From a virus (Duplodnaviria; Heunggongvirae; Uroviricota; Caudoviricetes): a stretch of 15,868 nucleotides of DNA. The position numbers and the translations under genes were made by a program. Where the stretch lies: IMG/VR virus record IMGVR_UViG_3300029288_007064. One strand, written 5' to 3'. The notes under the pieces are model-generated. The model did no database searches. It saw only the letters and a program-made list of their open reading frames with translations, and was not told the DNA's origin. This document shows positions 1 to 8,081 of this stretch, piece by piece (position 1 is the first letter of the stretch; the number at the start of each line of letters is the position of its first letter).

Positions 1-1039
1 ATGGTTTAAACCTCTTTGTTTGTGATTCAAATACATAGAATAATACAACTACTACAAATAATGGAACTATAAAATACATTATTATTAGTGGAATAGTGAG
101 TTGTAAAGCAAGTGCGTTATTCAACATATGCGCTACAATTGGGAAAGCTACTGTTCCAGTAAGTACCATTCCTGTTATCCAAGTAAATGATTGGAACTCT
201 AAGAACATTAAGTCTGATGCATTCTTATCTCCAACTGCAATGTGGAATAATGAAAAGACCAAGCTCACAGCCAATACTACTATGATAAACATTGGACCAG
301 GAAACCATTCTGCCATTCTTTTTGTTGCAGCAAACGAAGTTACAACAAGCATTGTTCCATAAAATACTACAAGTCTAAAGAAAAACTCTTCATTTATAGG
401 AGTCATTATTACATTGTAAAATATTAGCTGTGCATTATTGGATACTTCCTCTAACGTAGATATTGAACCAAGAGGCATAACTGAAGCGGTATGGAATAAT
501 GTACCGAATAGTATAAGAAAACCAAAAGTTACGATAATTGCTCCCATAACACCTATCAACGCATTTTCTTTTGTTCCAAATAGAGGAAGTCCTTCTGACG
601 TGTTTGGTTTTTTAAGAAGACTAACTGAGAAGATTATAACGAATGGAATGACATACAACACCGCTCTCATTGTATCTTTTTCAAACAAAAGAACTGCAAC
701 TGTTGTAATAAGCATTACAATAGCTAACATTCTTGCTATGTTTATTCCCCAAGCATCGTCTTTGTAAAAACCAAAGAGCATATTATAGCATTTCTTCCTA
801 TCAATAATTGAGAAAGCGATAATCCCTAAACACATTATCGACATAAAAGTAAGAGGTGCTATAAATGGAATGCTAGCAACACATTCTTTTGCTCCATATT
901 CATCAAATCCATATGTATAACCATCTACGCAATAACAATTACCATCTGTTGTGGATTCTTCCATGTGCTCTCCTGTACATTCTGCAAAACAGAATCCAAT
1001 GAGCATTAAAAATACCAAGTATTTTATAGTTTTAGACAT
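1..1039 (-). CDS. CPBP family (CAAX protease/Abi, Rce1-like) intramembrane glutamic protease with N-terminal signal peptide and EGF-like Cys module; 3' end truncated by the window edge
   Basis: Not in the ORF track. Manual translation from ATG at 1039 (overlapping the stop of the 1320-aa gene) gives an open frame of 346 codons to the edge with no stop. MSKTIKYLVFLMLIGFCFA signal, about 8-9 hydrophobic segments, and the three CPBP motifs in order: PINEEFFFR (EE at 391-386), VFSLFH (H at 244-242) and AHMLNN (133-116). Confidence 0.9.
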   Translation of the reverse strand, partial: MSKTIKYLVFLMLIGFCFAECTGEHMEESTTDGNCYCVDGYTYGFDEYGAKECVASIPFIAPLTFMSIMCLGIIAFSIIDRKKCYNMLFGFYKDDAWGINIARMLAIVMLITTVAVLLFEKDTMRAVLYVIPFVIIFSVSLLKKPNTSEGLPLFGTKENALIGVMGAIIVTFGFLILFGTLFHTASVMPLGSISTLEEVSNNAQLIFYNVIMTPINEEFFFRLVVFYGTMLVVTSFAATKRMAEWFPGPMFIIVVLAVSLVFSLFHIAVGDKNASDLMFLEFQSFTWITGMVLTGTVAFPIVAHMLNNALALQLTIPLIIMYFIVPLFVVVVLFYVFESQTKRFKP

Positions 1040-4000
1040 ATGTTTCCACCCCAATCAATCTTAATGTATTCGTTAGCATTGCACTATTAAGTATTATTAT
1101 AAATACTCCAAATAACAAAGAAGGTACTGCGGTTGATAATAATCCCCAATCAAGCAAGTTTTTTCTTTTAATATAAATTATTGTAATAACTATTGCTATT
1201 AAAACTCCTAATAGCAAACCACCAAGCCAAAGATATTCCCCTAGATATAAACTATATAATGCTACTTGTTCGCAATACAATAAAGTTATTAAGTGTGCAA
1301 TCGAAGAAGACGTATCCAAAGGACACCATGTTATCGATGGTTTTATCGCACCATCTGTTAATGCTACAATTATTGATACTATTTCAGTCCCATATTCTAA
1401 AGAAAGATATGCATCTGCCGGTTCGAAAAATGGTAATGTTTCTGCTATTTGTTCTGGTGGTGTTCCTACGGGCGGAGAAGGCAATTCTGTATCTTCCGGA
1501 GGTGTTTGTTGATTATTTTCAGAATCCTCTTCTGTTGGTGTTTCTTCCGGAGGTACTTCTTCGGGCGGAGGTTCTTCCGGTGGAGGAGAACCCATGCTAT
1601 CATCACCACTTGTTCCACCACCTCCTCCTGCCGGTACACATGCCCACGCAACACAAATGAAACTAGCAGCACAATCACCTACATTATTGCATGTGCCTAC
1701 TAGATTTGTTATTGGAAGAAAATCTGTTCCAAGCGGTGCGATAACGTATGTTATATCTCCTATTCCATCTCCTGTTATATCAACCCAATTATACCCTCCC
1801 CAATAGTTTCCTCCTATTGTAGTCCCCCCTATTACATTCACTCCTATTGTTGATGTAGTATTCCAAAATGTATTTGTTCCGTTATCATATCCAAATAGCG
1901 TATCGGTAAAGTTGTTATTATATATAAGGTTATTCGTTCCGTTTCCTATTGCTATTTGGTAATTTATGTTCTCATATACTGTGCTATTGGTGAATGTGTT
2001 ATTATCTGCCGTTCCATTAATGTTTATTCCGTTAAAGAAATTTGTTATAGTAAAATTACCTATCGTGCTATTGCTTGTAGAATTTATATAGACTCCATAT
2101 GTTCCAACCGTTCCATTTCCGGTTATTGAATAACCATTACCATTTAAGTTTATTCCACTCGCATTTATTGTAAAGCACGTGTCTCCATTTATTAATACGT
2201 TCCCTGAAAGTGTTCCATCTGTATTTACAATACCACAACCATTATAATAAAATAAATACGGTCCATCTGTATTTGCATATACTACTCCATCTATAAGAGA
2301 ATATGTAATTATATCGTATGTGTTGTTAAAAAGGTGTTCTGAATATGTAAGTGTGTAATAACACGAACGATTATCCGCAGCCATCGTACATGTGTGGTTT
2401 ATTCCATCTATTTCCACATAAGAAACATCTGTCATATTAGCAGATGAAGAGAAATTAAACACCATTCCGTAGGTATTGTTGTTTGTTCCGTTTAACGGTG
2501 ATGGTGATACTAGTGTTATTACCGGAACAAAATCATTGGTGATAGGAATATAATCAAAACCGTTTGTAGTAATGAATAATGATGCATCTCCTATTCCGTC
2601 ATTATCAGTATCTACAACGGTATAATTGCTCCACCAATTTCCTCCGATAACATTTCCACCTATGATGTTTGTTCCAACTACTTCTGTTGTGTTCCAATAT
2701 GTATTCGTGCCGTTGTCATATCCGAGAAGAGTATCTGTAAAGTTATTGTTATAAATTAAATTGTTTGTTCCATTACCTATCGCAATCTGATAATTTACAT
2801 TGTTGTATAAGGTGCTGTTGGTTATTGTATTGTTATCTGCTGTTCCATTTACTAATATTCCATTGAAAAGATTTGTGATAGTGAAGTTTCCTATAGTATT
2901 ATTGCTCGTAGCATTAACATATATACCATAAGTACCTGCTGTTCCGTCTCCAGTAATAGAATAACCCGCTCCGTTAAATGTTATTCCACTAGTATTTATT
3001 GTGAAGCAAGTTCCTCCGTTTCTTGAAACATTAGCAAGCAATGTTCCCGATTGATTAATTATTCCACAACCATAATACGGAATAATTCTTGTTTCGTTTG
3101 TAGGATACCAATTTCCCCCTTCACTTATCCACCCTTTTATGTCATAGGTGTTATTGAAAACGTGTTCATAATATGATAGAGTATAACTACAAGATAAACT
3201 ATCTGCTGATAATGTACCAGTTTGGTTTATTCCGTCAATTTCCATTAAACAACTATCCATTGCGGTGTAGTATGTAAAATTGAATGTCATTATATAGGTA
3301 AAGTTATTTGTATTATTTGTAGAAGTAGGAGAAACGAAAACACCGGCGTGGTTATTCGTTAGAGGATAATAATCATAGTTTGCACCTCCGAGCACCGAAT
3401 AAATATTGTCTCCTATTCCATCACCATCGGTATCAAATCCAAGATAATCCGAGTAGAAGTTTCCACCTATGTTCGCTCCACCTAAGATGTTCGTACTTAA
3501 TGTTTTTGTTGTGTTCCAATAATTAGTGCCATTATCATAAGATACTCCTTGTATTCCTGTTGCATTAATAATATTATTATAAAGTAGATTTGAAGAAGAT
3601 GATGATATAAAAAATTGATATAGTGTATTGTTTATAGCGTAATTAGAAGAAAAATTATTATTAAAACTATATATGTAAAAACCGTATGTATTATTGTATG
3701 CAGTATTATTAGTAATATTGGTACTATTTGCACTTAATCCGAGCGTAATTCCGTATTTGGAATTGTTATATGCAATATTTTTATATAGTGTATTATTGGC
3801 GTTTGAAATAACAAATCCTGCATATGTACCCGTTCCTCCATTACTATAAGCAACATTAGAAGTTAAATTATTATATATGGTTCCGATATAAAATCCATAT
3901 CTAGAATTACTATGCGCTGTATTTGAAGTAATATTATTGGATGTGGAATTAGTAACTAAGTATATACCATAATATGTATTATAATATAATGTATTGTTAG

Positions 4001-4994
4001 TAATAATGTTATAAGAACTATTTGAAAAGTAAATACCATATCTAGAATTGTTATAAATGGTATTGTTGGTTATGTTATTATTATTAGAATTTGATACAAA
4101 CCAAATTCCTGCATACGTACCTACTCCTCCATTATTATATATAGTATTATTAAAAAACATAATATAGGTATTAGAATACAAATAAAATCCTTGCAATGTA
4201 TTATTATATACACTATTATTTTCATATGTGATATTATAATCTTCTGATGTTCCTATTCCATAATAGTTATTATTGTATATCTTATTATAATAAAATTTGT
4301 TTGAATTAGTGTTAAATAAAGAAAATATTCCACGTGTATTATTATATATAGTATTGTTTTCTATGATGCTATTATTTGTATATTCTAAATAAAGTCCAGA
4401 CAAAGTATTATTATACATGGTATTATTTATAATTATATTTTCTAAATTGTTATCAAGAATAATACCGTAGTTATTATTACTAAATGAAACACTACTAGTA
4501 ATGGTGTTATTATCCGAAAAGTAAATAATCATACCATCATCATTTCTAAATGTAGTGCTATTGGTAATACTATTATTGATTCCAGAAATTCGAATTCCAT
4601 ATTCTGTATTGTTGTATGAAGTACAATTGGAAATAATGCTATTATTAGAATTATAGATATAAATACCTGTGATGGTATAATTAGATATAGATGTACAATT
4701 CTTTATTGTAACATTTGACACAGAACCATTTACTAAAATTCCATACGCTAATAATGTAGAATCATTATGAGTGATATTATAACCGGCACAATCAAAAAGT
4801 ACATTAGATGAAGATATTTTTACACACGCATTTGCTCCAAAAGGATTTGCTCCATACGGTGCTCCAATATAATTATTTGCCATCGTATATGTTCCTGCTG
4901 CGGTTATATTATCACAATTGATAGAATAACCTAAACCTAGAAGTAATAACACCGCAATAAAAATCTTCATGTTCATTACGTTGTTATTCAACAA
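1032..4994 (-). CDS. Large membrane-anchored surface glycoprotein with parallel beta-helix (PbH1/NosD/CASH-like) repeats; putative adhesin or receptor-binding protein
   Basis: Signal peptide MKIFIAVLLLLGLGYS; many NNTxxNNxxGIxL beta-helix coils; three GGN(F/W/Y)xxxYxxxDxxxDGIGD motifs typical of archaeal NosD-like surface proteins; very dense N-x-S/T sequons; small Cys module, Gly/Pro/Glu linker and C-terminal TM helices. The true start may be the TTG at 4994 or a nearby ATG. Confidence 0.85.
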   Translation of the reverse strand: MLNNNVMNMKIFIAVLLLLGLGYSINCDNITAAGTYTMANNYIGAPYGANPFGANACVKISSSNVLFDCAGYNITHNDSTLLAYGILVNGSVSNVTIKNCTSISNYTITGIYIYNSNNSIISNCTSYNNTEYGIRISGINNSITNSTTFRNDDGMIIYFSDNNTITSSVSFSNNNYGIILDNNLENIIINNTMYNNTLSGLYLEYTNNSIIENNTIYNNTRGIFSLFNTNSNKFYYNKIYNNNYYGIGTSEDYNITYENNSVYNNTLQGFYLYSNTYIMFFNNTIYNNGGVGTYAGIWFVSNSNNNNITNNTIYNNSRYGIYFSNSSYNIITNNTLYYNTYYGIYLVTNSTSNNITSNTAHSNSRYGFYIGTIYNNLTSNVAYSNGGTGTYAGFVISNANNTLYKNIAYNNSKYGITLGLSANSTNITNNTAYNNTYGFYIYSFNNNFSSNYAINNTLYQFFISSSSSNLLYNNIINATGIQGVSYDNGTNYWNTTKTLSTNILGGANIGGNFYSDYLGFDTDGDGIGDNIYSVLGGANYDYYPLTNNHAGVFVSPTSTNNTNNFTYIMTFNFTYYTAMDSCLMEIDGINQTGTLSADSLSCSYTLSYYEHVFNNTYDIKGWISEGGNWYPTNETRIIPYYGCGIINQSGTLLANVSRNGGTCFTINTSGITFNGAGYSITGDGTAGTYGIYVNATSNNTIGNFTITNLFNGILVNGTADNNTITNSTLYNNVNYQIAIGNGTNNLIYNNNFTDTLLGYDNGTNTYWNTTEVVGTNIIGGNVIGGNWWSNYTVVDTDNDGIGDASLFITTNGFDYIPITNDFVPVITLVSPSPLNGTNNNTYGMVFNFSSSANMTDVSYVEIDGINHTCTMAADNRSCYYTLTYSEHLFNNTYDIITYSLIDGVVYANTDGPYLFYYNGCGIVNTDGTLSGNVLINGDTCFTINASGINLNGNGYSITGNGTVGTYGVYINSTSNSTIGNFTITNFFNGININGTADNNTFTNSTVYENINYQIAIGNGTNNLIYNNNFTDTLFGYDNGTNTFWNTTSTIGVNVIGGTTIGGNYWGGYNWVDITGDGIGDITYVIAPLGTDFLPITNLVGTCNNVGDCAASFICVAWACVPAGGGGGTSGDDSMGSPPPEEPPPEEVPPEETPTEEDSENNQQTPPEDTELPSPPVGTPPEQIAETLPFFEPADAYLSLEYGTEIVSIIVALTDGAIKPSITWCPLDTSSSIAHLITLLYCEQVALYSLYLGEYLWLGGLLLGVLIAIVITIIYIKRKNLLDWGLLSTAVPSLLFGVFIIILNSAMLTNTLRLIGVETYV
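1704..3353 (-). repeat. Internal tandem duplication of a ~275-aa module (Ig-like spacer plus short beta-helix plus DGIGD cap) in the 1320-aa protein
   Basis: Units 3353-2535 (273 aa) and 2534-1704 (277 aa) share EIDGIN, FNNTYDI, GCGI, TCFTIN, GYSITG, NYQIAIGNGTNNLIYNNNFTDTL, GYDNGTNT and DGIGD; each ends in PITN, as does the first unit (PLTN). Confidence 0.95.
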
Positions 4995-5182
4995 CTACAC
5001 CTTCGTTGTCTTTTCCATCTTTCTTTTTGTGCTTTACTCATCTTTTCATTAGATGGCATATTCACCCATTCTTTTAAACATTTCTTAGAACAAAAATATG
5101 TAGTTCGTTGTGAAGTGTTGGGAGGCAATAATGTGAAACTACCATATCTACAATTTGTTTCACAAGTGGAGCAAGGTCTCAC
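4988..5182 (-). CDS. Small Zn-binding protein (TRASH/FCS-type treble clef) with a basic NUMOD3-like tail; possible DNA-binding regulator
   Basis: CSTC ... YFCSKKC Cys pairs followed by EKMSKAQKERWKR; GGTGA RBS at 5191-5187 before the GTG start; stop overlaps the next gene. Confidence 0.65.
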   Translation of the reverse strand: MRPCSTCETNCRYGSFTLLPPNTSQRTTYFCSKKCLKEWVNMPSNEKMSKAQKERWKRQRRCSC

Positions 5183-5214
5183 GCAATCACCTTGATAATA
5201 GAATAAGATAAACT

Positions 5215-5239
5215 AAATAAAAAGAAAAGAAATAAAAAA
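5215..5239 (-). terminator. Archaeal oligo-U terminator after the membrane-protein operon
   Basis: Minus strand reads CTTTTTTATTTCTTTTCTTTTTATTT about 30 nt after the 5267 stop, within one of only three sizeable intergenic gaps. Confidence 0.65.
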
Positions 5240-5266
5240 GGGAGGAGTTTGTTCATCTATATCACG

Positions 5267-5692
5267 TCATATTTTAGGTACAACTTCCATAACTCTTTTT
5301 GTAACTTTTGCTCCGGAAGCGAAGTCCAAAAAAGCTACTCCTGCAATAAACACCGGAATAGAAAGCAACGAAGAACCTCCGACAGATAAAATTTCAGTAA
5401 TAACCGCTAGCAAACATAGTATTGCTCCGATTGTTCCAAATATTATTCCTTTAAAAGCTCCCGCTCCTCTATTAACCATTTTTACTCCATAATAAAGCAT
5501 AGCAATTGAAACAATAAGCACCATTACCGAAATCACTATTCCAAACGCGAATAAGATACCAATATACGGAATATTAAGCAATGTTAATATGCTATTCCAT
5601 GTAATAGCACCTAAAGAGCTTACAAGCAACGTTGAACCTAGTATAAGCAAAAATGTTCCAAAAATCATGTCAAATAGTTCTTTGCTTTTCAT
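5267..5692 (-). CDS. Integral membrane protein, ~4 TM, unknown function
   Basis: 141 aa, about four hydrophobic segments, basic C-tail; RBS GGGTGA 6 nt upstream of the ATG. Confidence 0.8.
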   Translation of the reverse strand: MKSKELFDMIFGTFLLILGSTLLVSSLGAITWNSILTLLNIPYIGILFAFGIVISVMVLIVSIAMLYYGVKMVNRGAGAFKGIIFGTIGAILCLLAVITEILSVGGSSLLSIPVFIAGVAFLDFASGAKVTKRVMEVVPKI

Positions 5693-5698
5693 TTTATA

Positions 5699-5989
5699 TC
5701 ACCCTTTTTTATCTGGAAATGCCGTTTGCACAAACTTAGCTGCTACTAAAGATACCAACGATAGGAACACACCAAGTAGGAATAATCGAATAACGGTTTG
5801 CATTATCCACACAAATATAGAAGTGAAGAATTCCACCATTCCAACCGTGCTTATTTCAGGAAAGCCAAAGCTAAAGAAAGCCCCGTATATTCCTCCTAGT
5901 TGCGCAATAATACTACCTATGAGGAACACTATCGCTAGTGCAAATATCGCAACGAGCGATACGAATAACTTTCTTATGCTTACTCCCAC
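5699..5989 (-). CDS. Small membrane protein with two long hydrophobic helices (helical hairpin)
   Basis: 96 aa; GGTGA-AATAAC-GTG start; two long hydrophobic stretches with basic termini. Confidence 0.8.
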   Translation of the reverse strand: MGVSIRKLFVSLVAIFALAIVFLIGSIIAQLGGIYGAFFSFGFPEISTVGMVEFFTSIFVWIMQTVIRLFLLGVFLSLVSLVAAKFVQTAFPDKKG

Positions 5990-5995
5990 GTTATT

Positions 5996-6553
5996 TCACC
6001 CAATAGTTTCTTTTCTATTTGCGGTTGGTAATTTCCAACCTAACATCTTGTATCCAATTGCTACTAAAAACACAATAACCGATATCCAAGCGACATTAAG
6101 AACTAATTGAATTATGAGTTCAACAATACTAACTGTTGCGGTTATTCCACCCGTAAACATCAACACAACCGTCGCAATAAGCAATACCACCGGAATTACC
6201 ATTCCCGCATATATCATTAGCAAGTACGGATTTAACCCCTTTAAAACGAATCGTAGCGGTGTATACATGCTTACCGTCAACGCCCAAGAGTTCAAATACC
6301 ATGTTATCATTCCTATAATTGCCGATAGTGCGATAATTGCTACAATACATAAACCGGCGAATGCAAGAATTAATTCATTAGCTACATTTCCGAATATAGA
6401 AGTGACTGGGTCATATTCGGTGATAGTATTGGAGATATCCGTAGGTAAGAATGGAATTAATATTGCTGTAAGAATAATTGATGCCATCGCTGTCGTTATT
6501 CCGTAAATTGCACCAAAGCCCAACCACTTTAACCTAAGAATATCTCCAAACAC
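5996..6553 (-). CDS. Integral membrane protein, ~4 TM, unknown function
   Basis: The track start at 6562 is the GTG inside the GGTGA RBS itself; the GTG at 6553 lies 5 nt downstream of that RBS like the other genes, giving 185 aa with four hydrophobic segments. Confidence 0.8.
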   Translation of the reverse strand: MFGDILRLKWLGFGAIYGITTAMASIILTAILIPFLPTDISNTITEYDPVTSIFGNVANELILAFAGLCIVAIIALSAIIGMITWYLNSWALTVSMYTPLRFVLKGLNPYLLMIYAGMVIPVVLLIATVVLMFTGGITATVSIVELIIQLVLNVAWISVIVFLVAIGYKMLGWKLPTANRKETIG

Positions 6554-6558
6554 TTTTA

Positions 6559-6678
6559 TCACCTTTTCTTTTTCTTCACAATCTTTTTAACTACTTTCTT
6601 TGTGTCTTTCTTGACAACCTTTTTCTTATCTTCTTTACATTTGCATTTTTTAGTTTTGCATTTACATTTTGGTTTCAT
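6559..6678 (-). CDS. 39-aa very basic Lys-rich protein with two CKC motifs; candidate nucleic-acid-condensing protein
   Basis: Below the track cutoff. MKPKCKCKTKKCKCKEDKKKVVKKDTKKVVKKIVKKKKR; 21 Lys, 1 Arg, 4 Cys; GGTGG RBS at 6690-6686; fills the gap exactly and its TGA is part of the RBS of the next gene. Confidence 0.8.
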   Translation of the reverse strand: MKPKCKCKTKKCKCKEDKKKVVKKDTKKVVKKIVKKKKR

Positions 6679-6694
6679 AGTTATTCCACCTATA

Positions 6695-6994
6695 TCACTT
6701 TTTTATTCCGATGTGCTGGTATAATCCTTTATCAAATAACGTTGCATATATCCATAGCAATATTATTAACTGTCCAAATACCAATGAAAGTATTGCGCTC
6801 AATAAGTAATTGAAACTTAGCAAGACTTTCTTTTTTAGTTTTGCATATACGATCATTGCTAGAATTATTCCAATTACATAAAGTATACCTGCAAGTCCCG
6901 TTATTGCATAACTACTAGTAATTAGCATAATCAAAATATTCAACACTAACACCATCGCAAGCAACCATCCGTAGAATTCAAATTTATATGTCAT
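6695..6994 (-). CDS. Small integral membrane protein, ~3 TM
   Basis: 99 aa, mostly hydrophobic with a KLKKK loop; GGTGA-TATAA-ATG. Confidence 0.8.
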   Translation of the reverse strand: MTYKFEFYGWLLAMVLVLNILIMLITSSYAITGLAGILYVIGIILAMIVYAKLKKKVLLSFNYLLSAILSLVFGQLIILLWIYATLFDKGLYQHIGIKK

Positions 6995-7004
6995 TTATAT
7001 CACC

Positions 7005-8081
7005 TTATTTCTTTATTATCGCATAATACATTAACACTCCTATTGCTAGTACAAGTATTCCAATAACAACATATATAGCTATATCATTGTTAGATGTAGG
7101 AGTAGTGGTGGTTTCGGAAGGTTCAGAAGGTATAGTAGGTATCGTTTCCTCGTCCCCACCACTACTCGCAACTATACATTGTCCATCTAATTTTTCATAT
7201 CCGTTATTACATTCATATGCACAAGACGTTGTACTCCAATAAGAGTTTGATGGCTGTGTTCCGGATGCGGTGCATTCTGAAGGTGTAGGTGTTATCGGTG
7301 TAGTTGGACAATCTGCTTCACATGCTCCGTTCTTTTCGGATGTTTTGCATATTCCATCACCACAACCCAATGGACAAGATGTTCCTGATATCCATTGTCC
7401 ATCTACCGAGCACTTCTTATAATTTACTGTAGAACCATCCCAGCATTCTTTTGTTTGGAATGTTCCAGGAGTGCAATCCCAAACAACATCGTCGGTATTC
7501 TTTATATAGAATTGAAATGTCCAAGACCTTTCGTGGTCTGCAACATATTCGTTGTATGCCTCTTCTGTTACACATTCTATATCACTTGTTGCGCATTCTG
7601 CTGTGGTTGCGTCATAATACGCTTTTATATAGTTCATATCTAAATATGTTATTGAAGTAAGATGAGCGACGATTGTAGTTTTTCCGTTGTTAAAATAACA
7701 CAATTCATCAACATTTTCTTTTACTGTACATGGAGCAGAACCGGAATCCCCATTCTTGCTGGTATATGTAAAAGGTATAGTTTCTGAACCATCGTCTACA
7801 TTTAATACTACAGGACCATTTTTCTTTATTGTAAATCCATCAATAGCATAAGAAGGATGCAGTTGCTCTCCATTTTCTGTTCCAGAACACCATTTTGATA
7901 CGTCTAGAGATGCGGTGCTTAACGAAGTCCATTTATACGTTCCTGCTACCCAATAACCCGATGGCGAGGAGTAATATGAACCTAAAATTGTCTGTCCAAA
8001 ATCTGTAATGATAGCCATAGATAAAACAACTACAAATGCAATAATAATGTAATGTGTTTGATTTAACTTTATTTTATTCAT
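7005..8081 (-). CDS. Cys-rich membrane-anchored surface protein
   Basis: 358 aa; N-terminal hydrophobic segment, CWDGS and CGDGICxxxExxxxCxxDC motifs, Pro/Thr linkers, CAYECNNGY module, C-terminal TM plus KK; GGTGA RBS; ATGA overlap with the upstream gene. Confidence 0.85.
   Translation of the reverse strand: MNKIKLNQTHYIIIAFVVVLSMAIITDFGQTILGSYYSSPSGYWVAGTYKWTSLSTASLDVSKWCSGTENGEQLHPSYAIDGFTIKKNGPVVLNVDDGSETIPFTYTSKNGDSGSAPCTVKENVDELCYFNNGKTTIVAHLTSITYLDMNYIKAYYDATTAECATSDIECVTEEAYNEYVADHERSWTFQFYIKNTDDVVWDCTPGTFQTKECWDGSTVNYKKCSVDGQWISGTSCPLGCGDGICKTSEKNGACEADCPTTPITPTPSECTASGTQPSNSYWSTTSCAYECNNGYEKLDGQCIVASSGGDEETIPTIPSEPSETTTTPTSNNDIAIYVVIGILVLAIGVLMYYAIIKK

Noticed and set aside
1032-4994. 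Functional nosD (nitrous oxide reductase maturation) or a DGR target
   Set aside because: No nosZ/nosFY context and the protein is a multi-repeat anchored surface protein; Asn-codon richness is explained by beta-helix ladders and sequons, and no reverse transcriptase or adenine-specific TR/VR pair is visible.
1466-6350. Alternative-frame minus ORFs 1466-1678 and 6129-6350, and 15469-15660 further right
   Set aside because: Nested in or overlapping longer genes in another frame, without RBS; by-products of biased composition.
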